A stretch of 64,000 nucleotides of DNA from Iphione sp. A-MEVVRFRX5 (lineage: Eukaryota): positions 73,222,001 through 73,286,000 of the forward strand of contig OZ320318.1 in the NCBI GenBank assembly GCA_976226885.1, read 5' to 3'. Within the stretch, counting starts at the first letter, position 1. Every line of letters begins with the position of its first letter. A program made the translations under genes and the position numbers. The notes beneath the pieces were generated by a model. That model searched no databases. It was not told the origin of the DNA and saw nothing but the letters and a program-made list of their open reading frames with translations. Positions 41,733 to 54,600 of the stretch are shown piece after piece.

Positions 41733-44700
41733 TACAGTCTTTTTCCCTTGTACAGACACAATATCCTGAAAAGTAATGAGACATTGATGTGAGAAGGGGT
41801 GTCTCTTGTACCAACTAGCATGACTCGTCATGTCTATCTCATGGTTAAAACCAATATTTTTATATTCGAATTTGAACAGCCGACAGATGTTAATAGTGCG
41901 ATTTCGATCTTTTTTGCTGGTAGAGGGCAAAAGCTTCTAAGGACATTTCTTTGGAAGGAATTAAATGGCTGTTTATAGCAAACAACCAAATATTTCCTTT
42001 CAAAGAAAAAGGCGGCTCTATCTTCCCTATACGCAGAAAGGGTTATTTATAGGCGGGCAGAGACTGGGGGTAGGGAACTACCATTAAATGAGCCAGGAGT
42101 GCTCCCTGAGGAAATTACACAATGATATATAAGAATATGAAATCCACGTTCTTCGGTATCTATCTAAACCCATTTACTGCATATTTGAAGAGTACTTCTC
42201 GAATGTGCGGATGAAGGCATTGTTGTTAGGTGAAGTAATTGCAAATATATATAAGTATATATTTTTTCAACAAGAATTATGATAAACAATGGGCTATTAT
42301 GAAAAAGCCGCATTGGTACTGTCTTCTGTGGCGGAGATTTATATAAAATAATGCCTTTTATCAGAAAACTAACATGTACTTGTCCCCGTGCATTCAATCC
42401 ATAACGCGGCTTGGCGGTGAGAAACATTACGATTCCGTATACAAATAGCTAGGCTACCGAAGGTGTCAAGAAAAGAGCAAACTCACCGTACTGCTCTGCT
42501 TCACCGCTGGGTGGCATTGCTACAGGAGGCGACGCCCAATGCAGACGGCCGTGTCAGGCCGGTAACCAAGGGGACGGAGACGACACAAGAGCAGCTCAAA
42601 CAGTGCGAATTGCTCGCCTGTTAAAAGTCATTACTGTGCGTTATTGCAGAATCTCCATTCCAATTGCACCCCACACCCCAACCATACCTAGACTTCTCCT
42701 CCCATGAGATTCTTCTCATTTGATTCTATACTCCCCCTCATCAATATTTCACCCGTCATTCTTCATTTTTGCGCACAATTTCTTGTTGCTTCTTTTTGCT
42801 TTTGACTTGTACAGTTCAGTTGATGCTTACATCTATATATTACACCTCATCATCAAGTTATTTTCCCCGTTGCTTTTTCTCTTCGTTCTAATACTCTCTT
42901 TTGTATTACCTCACCTTTAAGTATATATTTTATTCCTAATCTTATGCCTTCTCCTCCCTGTACACTCCTCCTTCACTTGCTTTTCCGACAAACCCACCCA
43001 CTCGCTTCAGACCGCTCCACCGCCACCTAGTCGTTCTCTTGTCACCGACGACCGTCGCTTTCACAAGCGTTGGGGCGGAGCAGTTCTCAATGTGAGTGCT
43101 TCCCACACCAAGGGGCGTTGTCAAACTTAGCCACAGTAGCCTCGGGCATCAACCTGGTGACACCAGAGAGAGCGCAAAACATTTCGCAGTGTCTTCTCGT
43201 AGCTCTGAGATCAAATGCTTTGGGCTATGTCATGGTATTAAACTCCTGACATTGATTACCAAGGTGAGTAACAAAAGACACGGTCAGTCAAACACCGCAC
43301 TTAATATTGCCGCCATGCCCTTTATAATTACAGAGTCGTCTGCTCATCTGCCAAGCCTTCAACTAATGTGTGCAAACCACGATTCGTGTTGATGGCTGGT
43401 CGGAGGAAGATCCGAAATCGCTCAAGAGGTTTGGGATATCCGTCGAGGCCTTTCCTCTCTAGGGGATGAGCACGTGTTTGTGTGATCTAATGACACTCCA
43501 AAAGTGTTCATTCTTCACTATACCCCATCGAGAAATCCCTCGAGGATTCGGAATCTGACGATGTGGATTTTTCATAATCCACTTTCTAATTACTGTTTCT
43601 GTCCGCTGCCTCCGAAAGGATTAAGCGTCGGATTGCTTTACAACCGCCAATCCCAAACCAACCGTTTTCAAGAAACACTGGACTGTACGAGACGGCAATC
43701 AGATTATATTCTCGTAGAGGTCGCATTGATATAATCAGCTGGTGTGAGTGGGTATCTTAAAGAATATGCTGGATCGTGCCTTAGTGGTCAGTCCAAACGC
43801 CGCTAATACAACACTTTCAGACCTAATAGCACATCGTCCTAACCGACGGGCCGTAGAGAGACGAAGTAGGTTATAACTCACTCTTTATGGCCCACAAAAG
43901 CGCGGGAAATGTCCCGTACAGTCTTTTCTCCCAGGGTTAGTAATAAAATTGACACTCGGTGCTCGACTTGCACAGGATTTGCTGTATAATAATTGTTAGG
44001 ATTAGGGATGGATAACAGTTGTAGAGGATCGCAGGCGCCAGGCTGGTAAGACCGAACACTGAGTTTGACCGTCACATTATCTATTTAGAGCGACATGTTT
44101 AGTGCGAGAAAGAGTCTGGATTATGCTCTTAGCCTGACTAGATACTGGGGCCCAGCTTTTCACTATTGCATGACAAATCATTTCGTTGAACTGTTGCAGA
44201 TCATTGGTAGATTAGGTGCGTATCGATTTGTCTTTTATTCGAGACCTTTGTTTCGTGTTTAACAACACTCGCATATTCTACCGCGCTCTGGGCCAGAGGG
44301 ATCATTAAAAGGGGGAACCATCCAAATTTCACACTGCCCTTCCGGTGATCCCACGCAACCCATCTCTCGCCAGGCAGCACCGCAAATCATTCCACCGATG
44401 ATATCCTACAGGGTATTCTTTCTCCCGTTTACGATGATGTTTTAACAGCGTGATCCTTTTATATATATATCTTCACTGCCACACGCCCCTTTTTGCCACA
44501 TAATTTTTAATTGAGAAAAACGCGACGGTCATTACGCAAAGGGACTTTTTTCATGCCTGCTTCTACGAACCACTTGTCTTCTGAACCGTCTTCTACGTCC
44601 GGATAGCTGCGATTAATGGTACGTTGTTAGAGGTCTTCCGAGGCTTAGGATTCTCGTGGATACCAGAGATAATGAGGATACAGTTCCCCTGTGCTTATTG

Positions 44701-45464
44701 CTATGTGTTCTATTCTCAACAGCTTCGAAGTTATCCACATGTCTCTACGCATCATGGATTGGCAGTCTATTACCGATGAGTTATTCGAATGTTGCATCGA
44801 TTACTGATAGGCATGTACGCCCTGATATGGAATAAATCATCACATGCCATGTAATAAGTTAGGAAAGAGTTACTTAGAGAGAAAGAGAGAGAGAGAGAGA
44901 GCGAGAGAAAGAGAGTGGTATCTCTAATCCTCCACCACAGTACAAATCACATAGTTAACTCATATGATCTTATATATGCCTGTGGTGCATGGTTTATTGT
45001 AGATAGTAATCCTGATATATATGTATTACTACCTACAAGCTTTAAGGAAATACTACAGGAAGCAGTTTCAATCTCTTCATGAATATGACTTTGCAGCTTG
45101 AAAGTGGCTTGATTGGTAGCTTGTTACATAATATATGTGCATGTACATGTATATACTGTCCTCCGCTCTTTCCTTTTCGCTTCCTTCTCTGCTTCTGTCC
45201 CTCTCTCTATTTCTTTGTCCTAGATTTTTACTGATCGTTTATTTGCAGTCAAAGTGTTCGGTGTGTAACGTTAAACGTGGCATTGAATCAGGGACCAATT
45301 TTTCAAGGACAAAAACTGTCCTTTCAAAATTCACCTGACGTCCGTCTAATTCAGCAAACGTATTCACTCGATCCTGAAATTGAAATGAAATGTTTTTTGA
45401 ACATTAATCACAAACGTACTTGAGGCATTGAAATGATACGATGCTTCTTCTTCCCGCCTTGCAG

Positions 45465-45572
45465 GATATGGTCAGTGTGGAGAGCTTCATAGAGCTGGTG
45501 AGGAAACGTGATATCGGGCGGCTCAAGTTCGCCATCAGGGAGGCCAACTTTGATATCGACAGCCAGGATGAG
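45465..45572 (+). CDS. Ankyrin-repeat protein, coding exon (possible start ATG at 45468)
   Basis: Polypyrimidine acceptor cttcttcttcccgccttgcag and donor GAG|gtaagt. Encodes (D)MVSVESFIELVRKRDIGRLKFAIREANFDIDSQDE and joins in phase 0 to the exon at 63630, giving QDE-DGRTALH. Confidence 0.72.
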
Positions 45573-46784
45573 GTAAGTGAAGCTTTTTCTCGCAGTGAAG
45601 AAAACAATCAGCAAAGAGAGCCGAATTAGCTTTGCTAGGTATTGCGTGCGGCGCAATACTATATTCTCATTGAAGAGGAATCACATTGATCCTTTCATAT
45701 AAAGTCTGACGGACGATACAAAGGGGGATGATTCACATTTATGACCTTTTTTTTCTCCTTCTATTATAACATCAGGGGTGTATTAGTTTATCGACCCTTT
45801 TGATACAGGGCTTTGCTCAGGGAACATGACTAAGACCAAGTACAAAATTTATCACCACATTATTTATTGATAAGATGTGAAGGGGAAATAATTCAGAGTT
45901 GTTTTCCATTAACAAAGTTTCCTAGCTCAGATAGTTGTGTATCTAACGACTGTGGCCGCAAAATTGGCATGAACATCCTAATGTGTAGTATTTCCGTAAG
46001 ATGCTGGATATTTCTAATCTGATTTTATTTCAATGTGATCTTTGACTGCTAAAATTGTCATTCATTCGGATAAGCATCATACTTTCACCTTAAAAGTAGA
46101 CACACTGTTTCTCGATTTTTAGACAAATTTCCTGCAGATCTAAAGGACCATTGTTTACGACCCTTCAGTGACCTACGGCATTTTTTTCATGCGGTATGAG
46201 AGTTTCTTAATGGCCTGGTAACATGACCCTCCATCTAACTTACTTTTTGCTGGATTAGTTGCTTGATATGGTCATAAACAGGAAAATATCCTTTTTTATC
46301 GCTGGGCTGTTTTTTGCTGCGATACAAAGCTGCCAAACTGGCCTCCACTACTCAGCTGTCGCAAGGAACCCCGTCTGGTCTTTCAATACGCATTTGATAA
46401 ATGATGTGATGACTGTCTGGAGGACTTAGCTTGAATGGGCCTTCAACAGAAAACCTGTTCAGCAACTGCAGTGGTGGTGCCTTGCACTTTGACCGGCTGC
46501 TCACAAGAGGCGGATGGTAAAGCTGTTCGTGGCCTGAAGTTGTGAAGCTACAGGCTTAACTGAACACTACTACTTCTCGGCGATGCATGAGGATGGCTTC
46601 ACTGCTTCCACGATACCCACGCCGGCGCACTGATCAGCTTGGTCTTTGACAATAAAGGTGTTCATATATAAAGGCAGTCGGCGGTTTTTCATCGCTTTAA
46701 CCCTGTCACTGAGGAGAGCAAGCAACCATGAGACAACGGGTGACGAAGCGAGGCAGCAACGTCGGATTCCTGTATCAAAACGGA

Positions 46785-47108
46785 TTAGTTTTTACAGAAA
46801 ATGACAACCACTGCTGCAAACTGACGAATACTACCCATGGTCTTTACAGGAGATAGCAAAACAAATGGGGTTTGAAACAAACGCCGCTCGCTCTCAGCGG
46901 TTGCTGATACAGAGGGCGGCTCCGAGTGGTCGGAATAGACCGTCTGGCTTTGAGTGAGTGAGGGCCCAGTAGATATGGCGTCGCGGAGAGAGGTTCTGCG
47001 CGGGAAACAATACCGGTGCCGATTAGACTGACAGCTCAGCCTGCCGCCTGAAGACAATGACAAATGGCAGACCGATACTGGCTGCAGGCAGCGCCGCCCC
47101 GCACCCAT
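46785..47108 (-). pseudogene. Possible degenerate THAP-like zinc finger (DNA-transposon relic)
   Basis: RRCLQPVSVC...RYCFPRRTSLRDA...TVYSDHSEP...ERRL loosely follows the THAP layout, but the conserved Trp, a Cys and a Phe are missing. Confidence 0.22.
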
Positions 47109-47520
47109 CTGGGCAGGTCCTCTGGAGAAGGTGGGAGCGGGGAGGCGAGGAGAGGAAGACGATTACCAGCATGTGGCGGAGTGTGAGTGGGGTCCTTGGC
47201 TGAGGCAAGACTGATGAGAGGCGGTGGTTCGGTGGGTGATGGCCAGCCAGGGTAGGTGGTCGGCGAGGACCGGGATCGAAGACCGCCCAAGCGACCATGA
47301 GCGCGGGACCGGCGATGCGGGCGGCGTGGACCGTTGATAGTCCGTCATGTCGCTTCTCGCCTTGACGCAATTCATCACACGGCAAGTCCTGATGCATGAC
47401 GCCCAGTCCCGCGGAGGCCCGGGTGGTGGCGAAGTAGGTGGAGATGGTGGAGGTTCACGGTGGGTGGGCAGGTTTGGGGTGATGGCAAGCGGGCGGCCGG
47501 CGGGACGCTGATAGCGAACC

Positions 47521-47550
47521 ACTTCCGGTCAGACCCGCCCCCATGGCGGA
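47521..47550. promoter_or_regulatory. Intronic CpG-rich promoter-like motif cluster
   Basis: ACTTCCGGT (47521-47529), a CCCGCCC GC box and ATGGCGG are adjacent, next to a GC-rich block at 47100-47520. Confidence 0.3.
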
Positions 47551-47626
47551 CCGCGCCTGGAGGCACTTAGCTAAAAAGCCCCCTCCCCTGACAGCGGCGG
47601 GCCGGCGTCATATAGTCTATCACTCA

Positions 47627-47648
47627 GTGTGTGTGTGTGTGTGTGTGT
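47627..47648. repeat. (GT)11 microsatellite
   Basis: Perfect dinucleotide run. Confidence 0.95.
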
Positions 47649-50600
47649 GAATGAACATGCGTGCGTCTGTGTGCGGGCGCGGGCTGCGTTGAGCAGTGGC
47701 GATAGGATGACGACTGGTTTCAACGCACTGCACAGTACATACGTGCCCAGTGTACTAGCCCCGATGACACAGTAGAACACTTGAAATCAGCATACGCATT
47801 TAATATTGTTCAATTCATAGAGATGATGTTCGATGTAATCAAACTAGTTGCGGGACATGACTCGTAATCTTCTCCCCTATCCGTGTGTTGACACCGCATA
47901 CCTGCAGGCCTGACTGTACAATCGTGGTAGAAGTTCGGAAGAAAGAATAGGAAATAATTTACGATTGGCAGGATTTAGACTCTGAATCTATTTCTGAAAG
48001 GTATAAGTACATGCTCCTGCTTTGATGACTGTCTAAAGATTTGTTACGTATCTAGGTAGCTAGTACGTAGCTAGGGGTGCACTTAGTAATTGATGGGTAG
48101 ATATTAGTTAGGTAGAAACACTTCTGTCTTAGTCGACCTGCTCCAGCGGATATGTGCAGTGATAGGTATAGGAGTGCACACATGTTATTGCACAGGTACT
48201 TCACCATACAGATTGGCCTCGTTCCACAGCGGCCTCTGAGTGGTACACAGTCTACTACAGCTGATGGTTCACCATGTAATCATCAGCGAGTGGACATGGT
48301 CGCCGATCCCTTGATCGTCTGCCAACAGCAATCAAACTCCGAGCGATCAGCCTGGACCACCTCCGTCAGTTCGCCCTCTCCTCTCCCTCTCCGGGTTAGC
48401 CATAATCTCTCCGCTGGGGATCAAGGGGGTTGGATTAAGGTTGAAGGGGTGGGAGTTCAGAAGTGACCATGCCATCTGACCCGAGCCCCCTGCTTTGATC
48501 GTGATTGGTATTGATGTCACCATGCAGGGGCGCCCTTGTAGATCATGACGTCCGAGCTGAGAGTAACTCCTGAATTACTCGATCCTGCTCATATCACACT
48601 CATGCCGGAGCAGACCTGTAAAGGAGGAGCACCCATGACACTATTCACCTCTCACAATCTGAACATTCTCATCGTGTTATTCGAAACATTCCGACGGGCC
48701 ATAATGTGTAATCATGTCAATATTCACTTTATATTATTGATGAGAAATGTGTGCAATGCTTTTTCAGAATTAAAAAAAATCGATTGACATTGCGAATCTA
48801 TCAAACGTAGTGGGACGTGATATAAATCAAGCTTACCTTTTAACTTTGCCTTGTAAACCCTATGCCATTGATATATTCGCAGCCCATTCAATCAGGTTAT
48901 GTTTGAAAAGATACTTTATGCGAGAAATGCCCTCATACGAGATTCCTCAGTTGTAACGTGACCAAGGGTTCCTGATAAATGGTCGGTAGGTGCACAAAAT
49001 TGAACATGCTAGGGGCAATCCATTTTTTTATGATTTCGTGTGCCCTCCCCACTCTGTCTCACTCTCCTTTGTCTCTCTCTCGCACGCTCTCCCTCTCTTT
49101 CCACAATTTATTGATGCGTCACCTTTACCTACTTCTGTCTCTGAGCCCGCCGTCCTGGTCGCCGAACTAATCTATTGATACAACACGTTGGTTTACCACG
49201 GTCTGCTTAAATATCGGTATAACCATATAATATTTACGGTACCTTCGGTGTAATACAGTGTCAGGCAGCTCCTTATTGGTAACAGACCAGCGAGTCGTTA
49301 TCAGTAGTGGAAGGCCGATGACTCTCCGGCTCGTACCCGCCATGCAGTAGTGTGTAATTACAACATGGCTTAGTGGCTGTCAGTGGCATGACGGTGGCTG
49401 TTAGTGTCAAGCCGCTCCTTCTCCAAGATTGGGCTTTTATAGGCAGTGTCTTCCTCTTTTCGTGGCTATTGGCCCAGGCTTTATGTCCCCTTCCCTATCA
49501 ATTACTCTCCCCCCCATTTTATATCGACTCTTATGGACAAGAAAGCCTCAAACAACATCGGAATGTACTTTCTCCTGCTAGAGTAGGTTCCTACCTGCAG
49601 CTTTGATATGAGTATGTCGCCAGCTATTCCACGTAAGTTATCAACGAGAAAATTAATTTCCTTAGACCACGCTGTCAGCCATACCTATTCCAGCGTGTGT
49701 GGTATACATGACGAAGTTGATTTTCACAGCAATCCCTGGTGACTAAATCAGTCATAGATCATCCGCTAAATCCAATGAAAACAGGGTTACCTGTACCTGT
49801 ACATCCTCATCGTACGAGGCAGGTATTAATAGATAATTTCCCAGCCAGTACATGCAAATAACCTACCTACTTGAGCAGCTCGTCTCCTTAACGTCTCAAT
49901 ACGCCACAAGCTATGCGTCATCTGACATTTCAGATTATATTCCATACAACCTAGCATCCACTCTGCTTTTGTCGTGACATTTGATCACGGAGCGATGTTT
50001 GTTTTTTTTCAAGTTAACGGCGCTTTTCGGTCTTGCTTTGTATTCAAGCTATTTTTCACCCTATTTCACGATGGGTTTGTTTACACAGAAGCAATCTGTT
50101 TGGCTCACCAAGCTATATAACAATGTCCACCAGGGGCCGCTTGTTGATTTTTGACCGTAATCTGTAACTCCGGGAGGCTGTGAGTAGTAGACCGAAAGAG
50201 TAATCAGGTTCTGGCAAGTACCTTCATCGAAGTTTCGGTCCCGGAGTCCTAAGAAGAGCAACAACAACGACGCTTCCCAGTAGTGCCCATTTTCAGACCA
50301 GAGGTCCTTCTAGAAAAACATCTGAGGGAGGCTGATAAGGTTGATGCCAGGAGATCCTCAGGGGAAAAACGCGGCCTTTAACAGGGCAAGGACAAAGCTG
50401 TGGCGCCAATGACTTCACCACCTACCACTAACTCCCAGCCTCGTTATTAGCCCCTCTCTACTTAAAACACTCCGAAATCCATGGGACGTTCTTTTAGCAT
50501 TAGGCTTCTAGTGTAAGGGGTTGTCACAACGAGACACCTTAGTTGTCTACTCTTTCGTCGGGTTGTGTACCGGGGCAGCGTCAGTTTCAGTGGTGTCCCC

Positions 50601-51429
50601 TGCCTACTGGCTCGCGTATTGTTATTATCCTCATCATTACGGAGAACCCAGCTAGTCAGTGATCTTCTTCCCTTTCTTACTTAGCCGCTTCTCTCTGTGT
50701 GATGTTTTCTGTGTATACGCGATCCTTATCGCGCCAAAACGTGTTAGATCAACTCGCGCTGCCGCCCCCTGTCAGTGAAAGTCACAAGCCGATCTGTTAT
50801 ATCTATCGACTCATCAAACTCTGTCTGTCTATCGTTCCTCCTTAGATGTATCTAACACCCCACGCTCTACCGATGGCACCCTTCTGGCAGTGTGCGGACT
50901 CATCAACGGCAGCTTTAAACATCAGCCTCTGTGAAAAGATACACGCACACTCGCTACCCTGCGCGTGATCTTGGCGTCTGGGTGCAGACCCATAGTAAGA
51001 CCTCATCGCGCACAGGTGCTACCAGTAGAGCAGCCTCCACGCACCCTAAAGGCCCTGAGCGCCTACAACCTGGCTCCACGTTTATATCTAAACGCCTCGC
51101 CCTCACCTACCTGCCAAACCAGCCACCCACTCACCCACCTGTCATTGGCTTTTAATGGGCCTCTCTGCTACCGAGATACTCCGCCCTCCCATAGCCAGAC
51201 GCTCACGTATGATAACGCTTGGTCCTTACTCTAGCCATTTCTAATGACGAAATTTCTGACCGTCCCCACTTTCACTAATTTCAGTCTTGAGGCTGGGCGC
51301 GCGCTGGCGTGACTTGAAATCTCACTGGTGCTAGCGTGGCTGCGGTCTGACCACCACCTAAGTTCCCCTCATCCTCCGCCTCTTCTTTGGTCCGGCGGCT
51401 CGGCGACGGGTGGCCAGGGAGCGCTTTGA

Positions 51430-51610
51430 TCTGCCAATCGCTGAGCTGATGGCGATTGGTTGTAACAAGCACACACAAGGGGAGGGGAGGGGGAATGTTG
51501 TATGCTAGCTGTCTGCGTCACCCAAAACCCTGCGAGCATGCGCAGAACTGCGCCTGTTCACTGAGCACCGGATGCCCTAGCGACTGCTACTTATGGCCAA
51601 TATGGCGGAC
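51430..51610. promoter_or_regulatory. Intronic promoter-like motif cluster
   Basis: CCAAT/ATTGG boxes, NRF1-type GCATGCGCA (51536-51544), and CCAAT overlapping YY1-like AATATGGCGG (51597-51608). Confidence 0.3.
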
Positions 51611-54600
51611 GTCGTCATGTGTAACAAGCAGCTCGCTCAGGGTGCCGTTAACTGCAGGGATATGTGAGTAGTAAATGTGACTGGCCTATCTTCAGGCTGG
51701 AGATAAGTGTATGGCATGGTCCCAACCGTACCATTAATGCTAGCACATTTACTATTGTCTTTTTTTGTAGTAATGCCTGTTGTACGTCAAGTATATCGTT
51801 GACTAATAACAAGTGATAAACAATAATGTTGGGCGGAGAGAAATACGGCAAGCGTGGTTCGTATTCACTTTGATATATAACGTGAAGTAACTTTACAACG
51901 GTCTAGACTACGAGTATGAACATACTTTTGGTGTGATACCCAAGTTTCTGTAGAGTTCCATTTTGTTGCAGTTCATACATGTTCTAACACGTCGAATCAC
52001 ATACGAGGCAGTGCGATAGATGTTTAGATCACAAAATGGTGAATATTCATAGACACATATCAGAAGCACAACTGCATGAGCAGGCAACGACAACACCTGC
52101 ACCGCTATCGACAGATCGTTCCTTTACTGGGTACCATCACGATATCAATGAGTTATGAGCGGTTGACTCTGCTCCATGCGGCATAGTCAACGCAGTGTGG
52201 ACTAGCGACGAGCAGCTAACTATGCACAGGTGCTCCTAGAGCAACTTTGAGCGCCACTGCCTCCTGGCGGTCTGAAGATGAGTTAATACAGAACCAACCC
52301 TGGAGAGGCTTCCCAGAAGCCGATCTGCATACCAATTGAAGGCTGTGGATACGAGAATATTGTCGGTGTGCGGGTGGGACAGATTTCACAGACGACGACC
52401 AGATAGGGAAAAAGAACAAAGCGATTAGTGAGAGAGAGAAAAAAAAGGCGTACAGATAATCAACAGCTTACGTTAAATTCGCGCAAGGCACAAGGAAAGC
52501 TCAGGTGAGAGGAGAGGTGTCCAGTAAGAAAAGCCGTCTTGGATTTCTATCGGGAAAGTCTCTTTTGGTCCTTTTCCATCTATTACACGGAAATACAAAA
52601 TGCAGTCTGCCGGGGATTCGAATGGCACTGCATCAAGCTGTCTGGTCATACGTGGTTAAATATTTCAAGGCTGCATGACCACAATCAGAACAACCATTTT
52701 TTTCTGTCTGATGGCGTCGACCTTAGCAATTCATTGTCAGGGGACTGATTGTGTCTGTATTTAACTCAGAATTACATGCTACAGAAGCCTGCGTAGTCGG
52801 GCTTGTCCGGGGGGGCCCTGGCTAAACAATACCGACAACGTCAACAGCGTCAACGAAAGAGGACGGCTGTGTCTGGTTTTAGGGGCTCTACTGGTCTAGG
52901 TCACACTAGGAACAACATGGAGAAAGCAGCCTTATCTGGCAACCGCCGGAGGTCATGCATGGCTAGGTCAATGCGGTTACGCTCGGAAGATCACGGATAC
53001 CTTTTTTCCGTGGACGATTCTCGCTTAATGTTTCGTCGGTTGTCGCCACGCGGGAGGCAATCAGAATGGCTGCGAGCCAGAACAAATGCCCTCATCAATC
53101 TCTCGCCAGAGGGCGCTCCTGTGGGAACGGCCGACCGTGACTTGTCGTTATGAACCAATAACACGTGGGGATCTATGGCGGAGGAAGCCCCTGGGGGGAG
53201 GGGTTGCGGGTAGCGGGGAGGGTTTCTTGTGCGGGGGCGGGCGAGGGGTGGGTGTCTCCTTAGATATGTCTCTCTCTTTGTATCGACGTTATTCGCCGTC
53301 TCTCAAGAAGTCGATCACACATACTGCTGTCGTGCCGACATGAGACCCAAAAGCTCTGCAATACTAAATCAAACACACGGACAAACACACACACACATAC
53401 GCGCGCTATACACTCAAGCCCAATTACAGACGCCCTTGGACACTGATCTGCACGCTTGCACACCACCGCGTGCAAAACACAGAGTCGCCCTGGTAATCGT
53501 TTTATCGACCGTCGCGACGATCAAGCGCGTGCTGAGCGGCAATCAGTCTCGACGACCATTTGGCCAGTAATGGCCCTGCTGTCGATCGGCCGATCACAAG
53601 CCTCGACGAGAAAACAGTGCCCTCACAAACAAAGCGAGTCCGTGTTGGGCTCCTGGCACTGCTGAATAACACTTTCTGTGCCGGTGAATTAAGGTGGCCA
53701 GGCGGACAGGAAGAGTGTGCTCTACACGCCGTTAGACGATGGACAAAATGTGCGCCGAATGATTAGACGCGAAAATGTGCGGCTACTACTGGTGTGCCGA
53801 CGTATAGCGAGTTGCTTCATGCGCCCGGCTAGCGAATTGTTGGCTTCTTCGAGCAAAATGCTCAGCTGTAAAGAGCGGGCCTCAGACTGCGACTCTAATG
53901 GAGCCACAATCATAAAGCCTCGCTCCCCTTAATGCTACCTGCAGCATGATGTGCGCTGTCTTTGCCGAGAGAGGAGTGTCGTAGCCGCAGGCTGGGATGC
54001 TGTTTGGTTGAGCGGATTCTGTACCTCACACGCAAGCCCGAACAGTCGGCTAGATGATTGCTTCAGCCACTGCCCTCCATTTGTTGCAGTGTTTGATGGG
54101 AAACTGAACGATAGGAGGCATGATGTGGCTTCTCTTGGCAATTGGTTGGCCAGTACGTGTGGCTTCCGTGGATAATACATGGACATAGGCCTACGGCTAC
54201 TTTGGATTTCCTTTGACTTGGAACAGGTCACTGAAAGGTAAAGGAAAAAGAAAGAAGGAAAGCACTTCTGTTGGCTGGCCGTATCCTGTAATGGGAACGG
54301 ATCTACTGAATGTTACGCATCTAGAAGAAGAGGACATTTGAATTCCATAGAATGGCCTCGGGACGCTTTTTAATGGAACCACACATGTATACACTATATA
54401 TATCTTGGACTTGGACTAAGCGATTAAAGCTGGAAGCTACTGTTGGTTCGGGATACACAGGGCATATTCTAATAGTGTGGGTAAGGTGCTCGGTTTCTTG
54501 GGTTGGAATATTGTAGGATGTGGCTATGTTCAATACGACCAGTTGGTCTGATCACAGCATCATTGAAAGACGATCGATAAGTAGAGCAGTATGTAAGGGC

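Noticed and set aside
3652-50381. TTAAAGG/CCTTTAA Kolobok-like termini (~11 sites), including the 18-bp imperfect palindrome between TTAAs at 6809-6834
   Set aside because: The count is near chance expectation for a 7-mer, and no matching extended TIR pairs were found.
31567-51321. ACTTGAAATC occurring four times (31567, 33629, 47779, 51312)
   Set aside because: Post hoc choice among all 10-mers makes four copies unremarkable.
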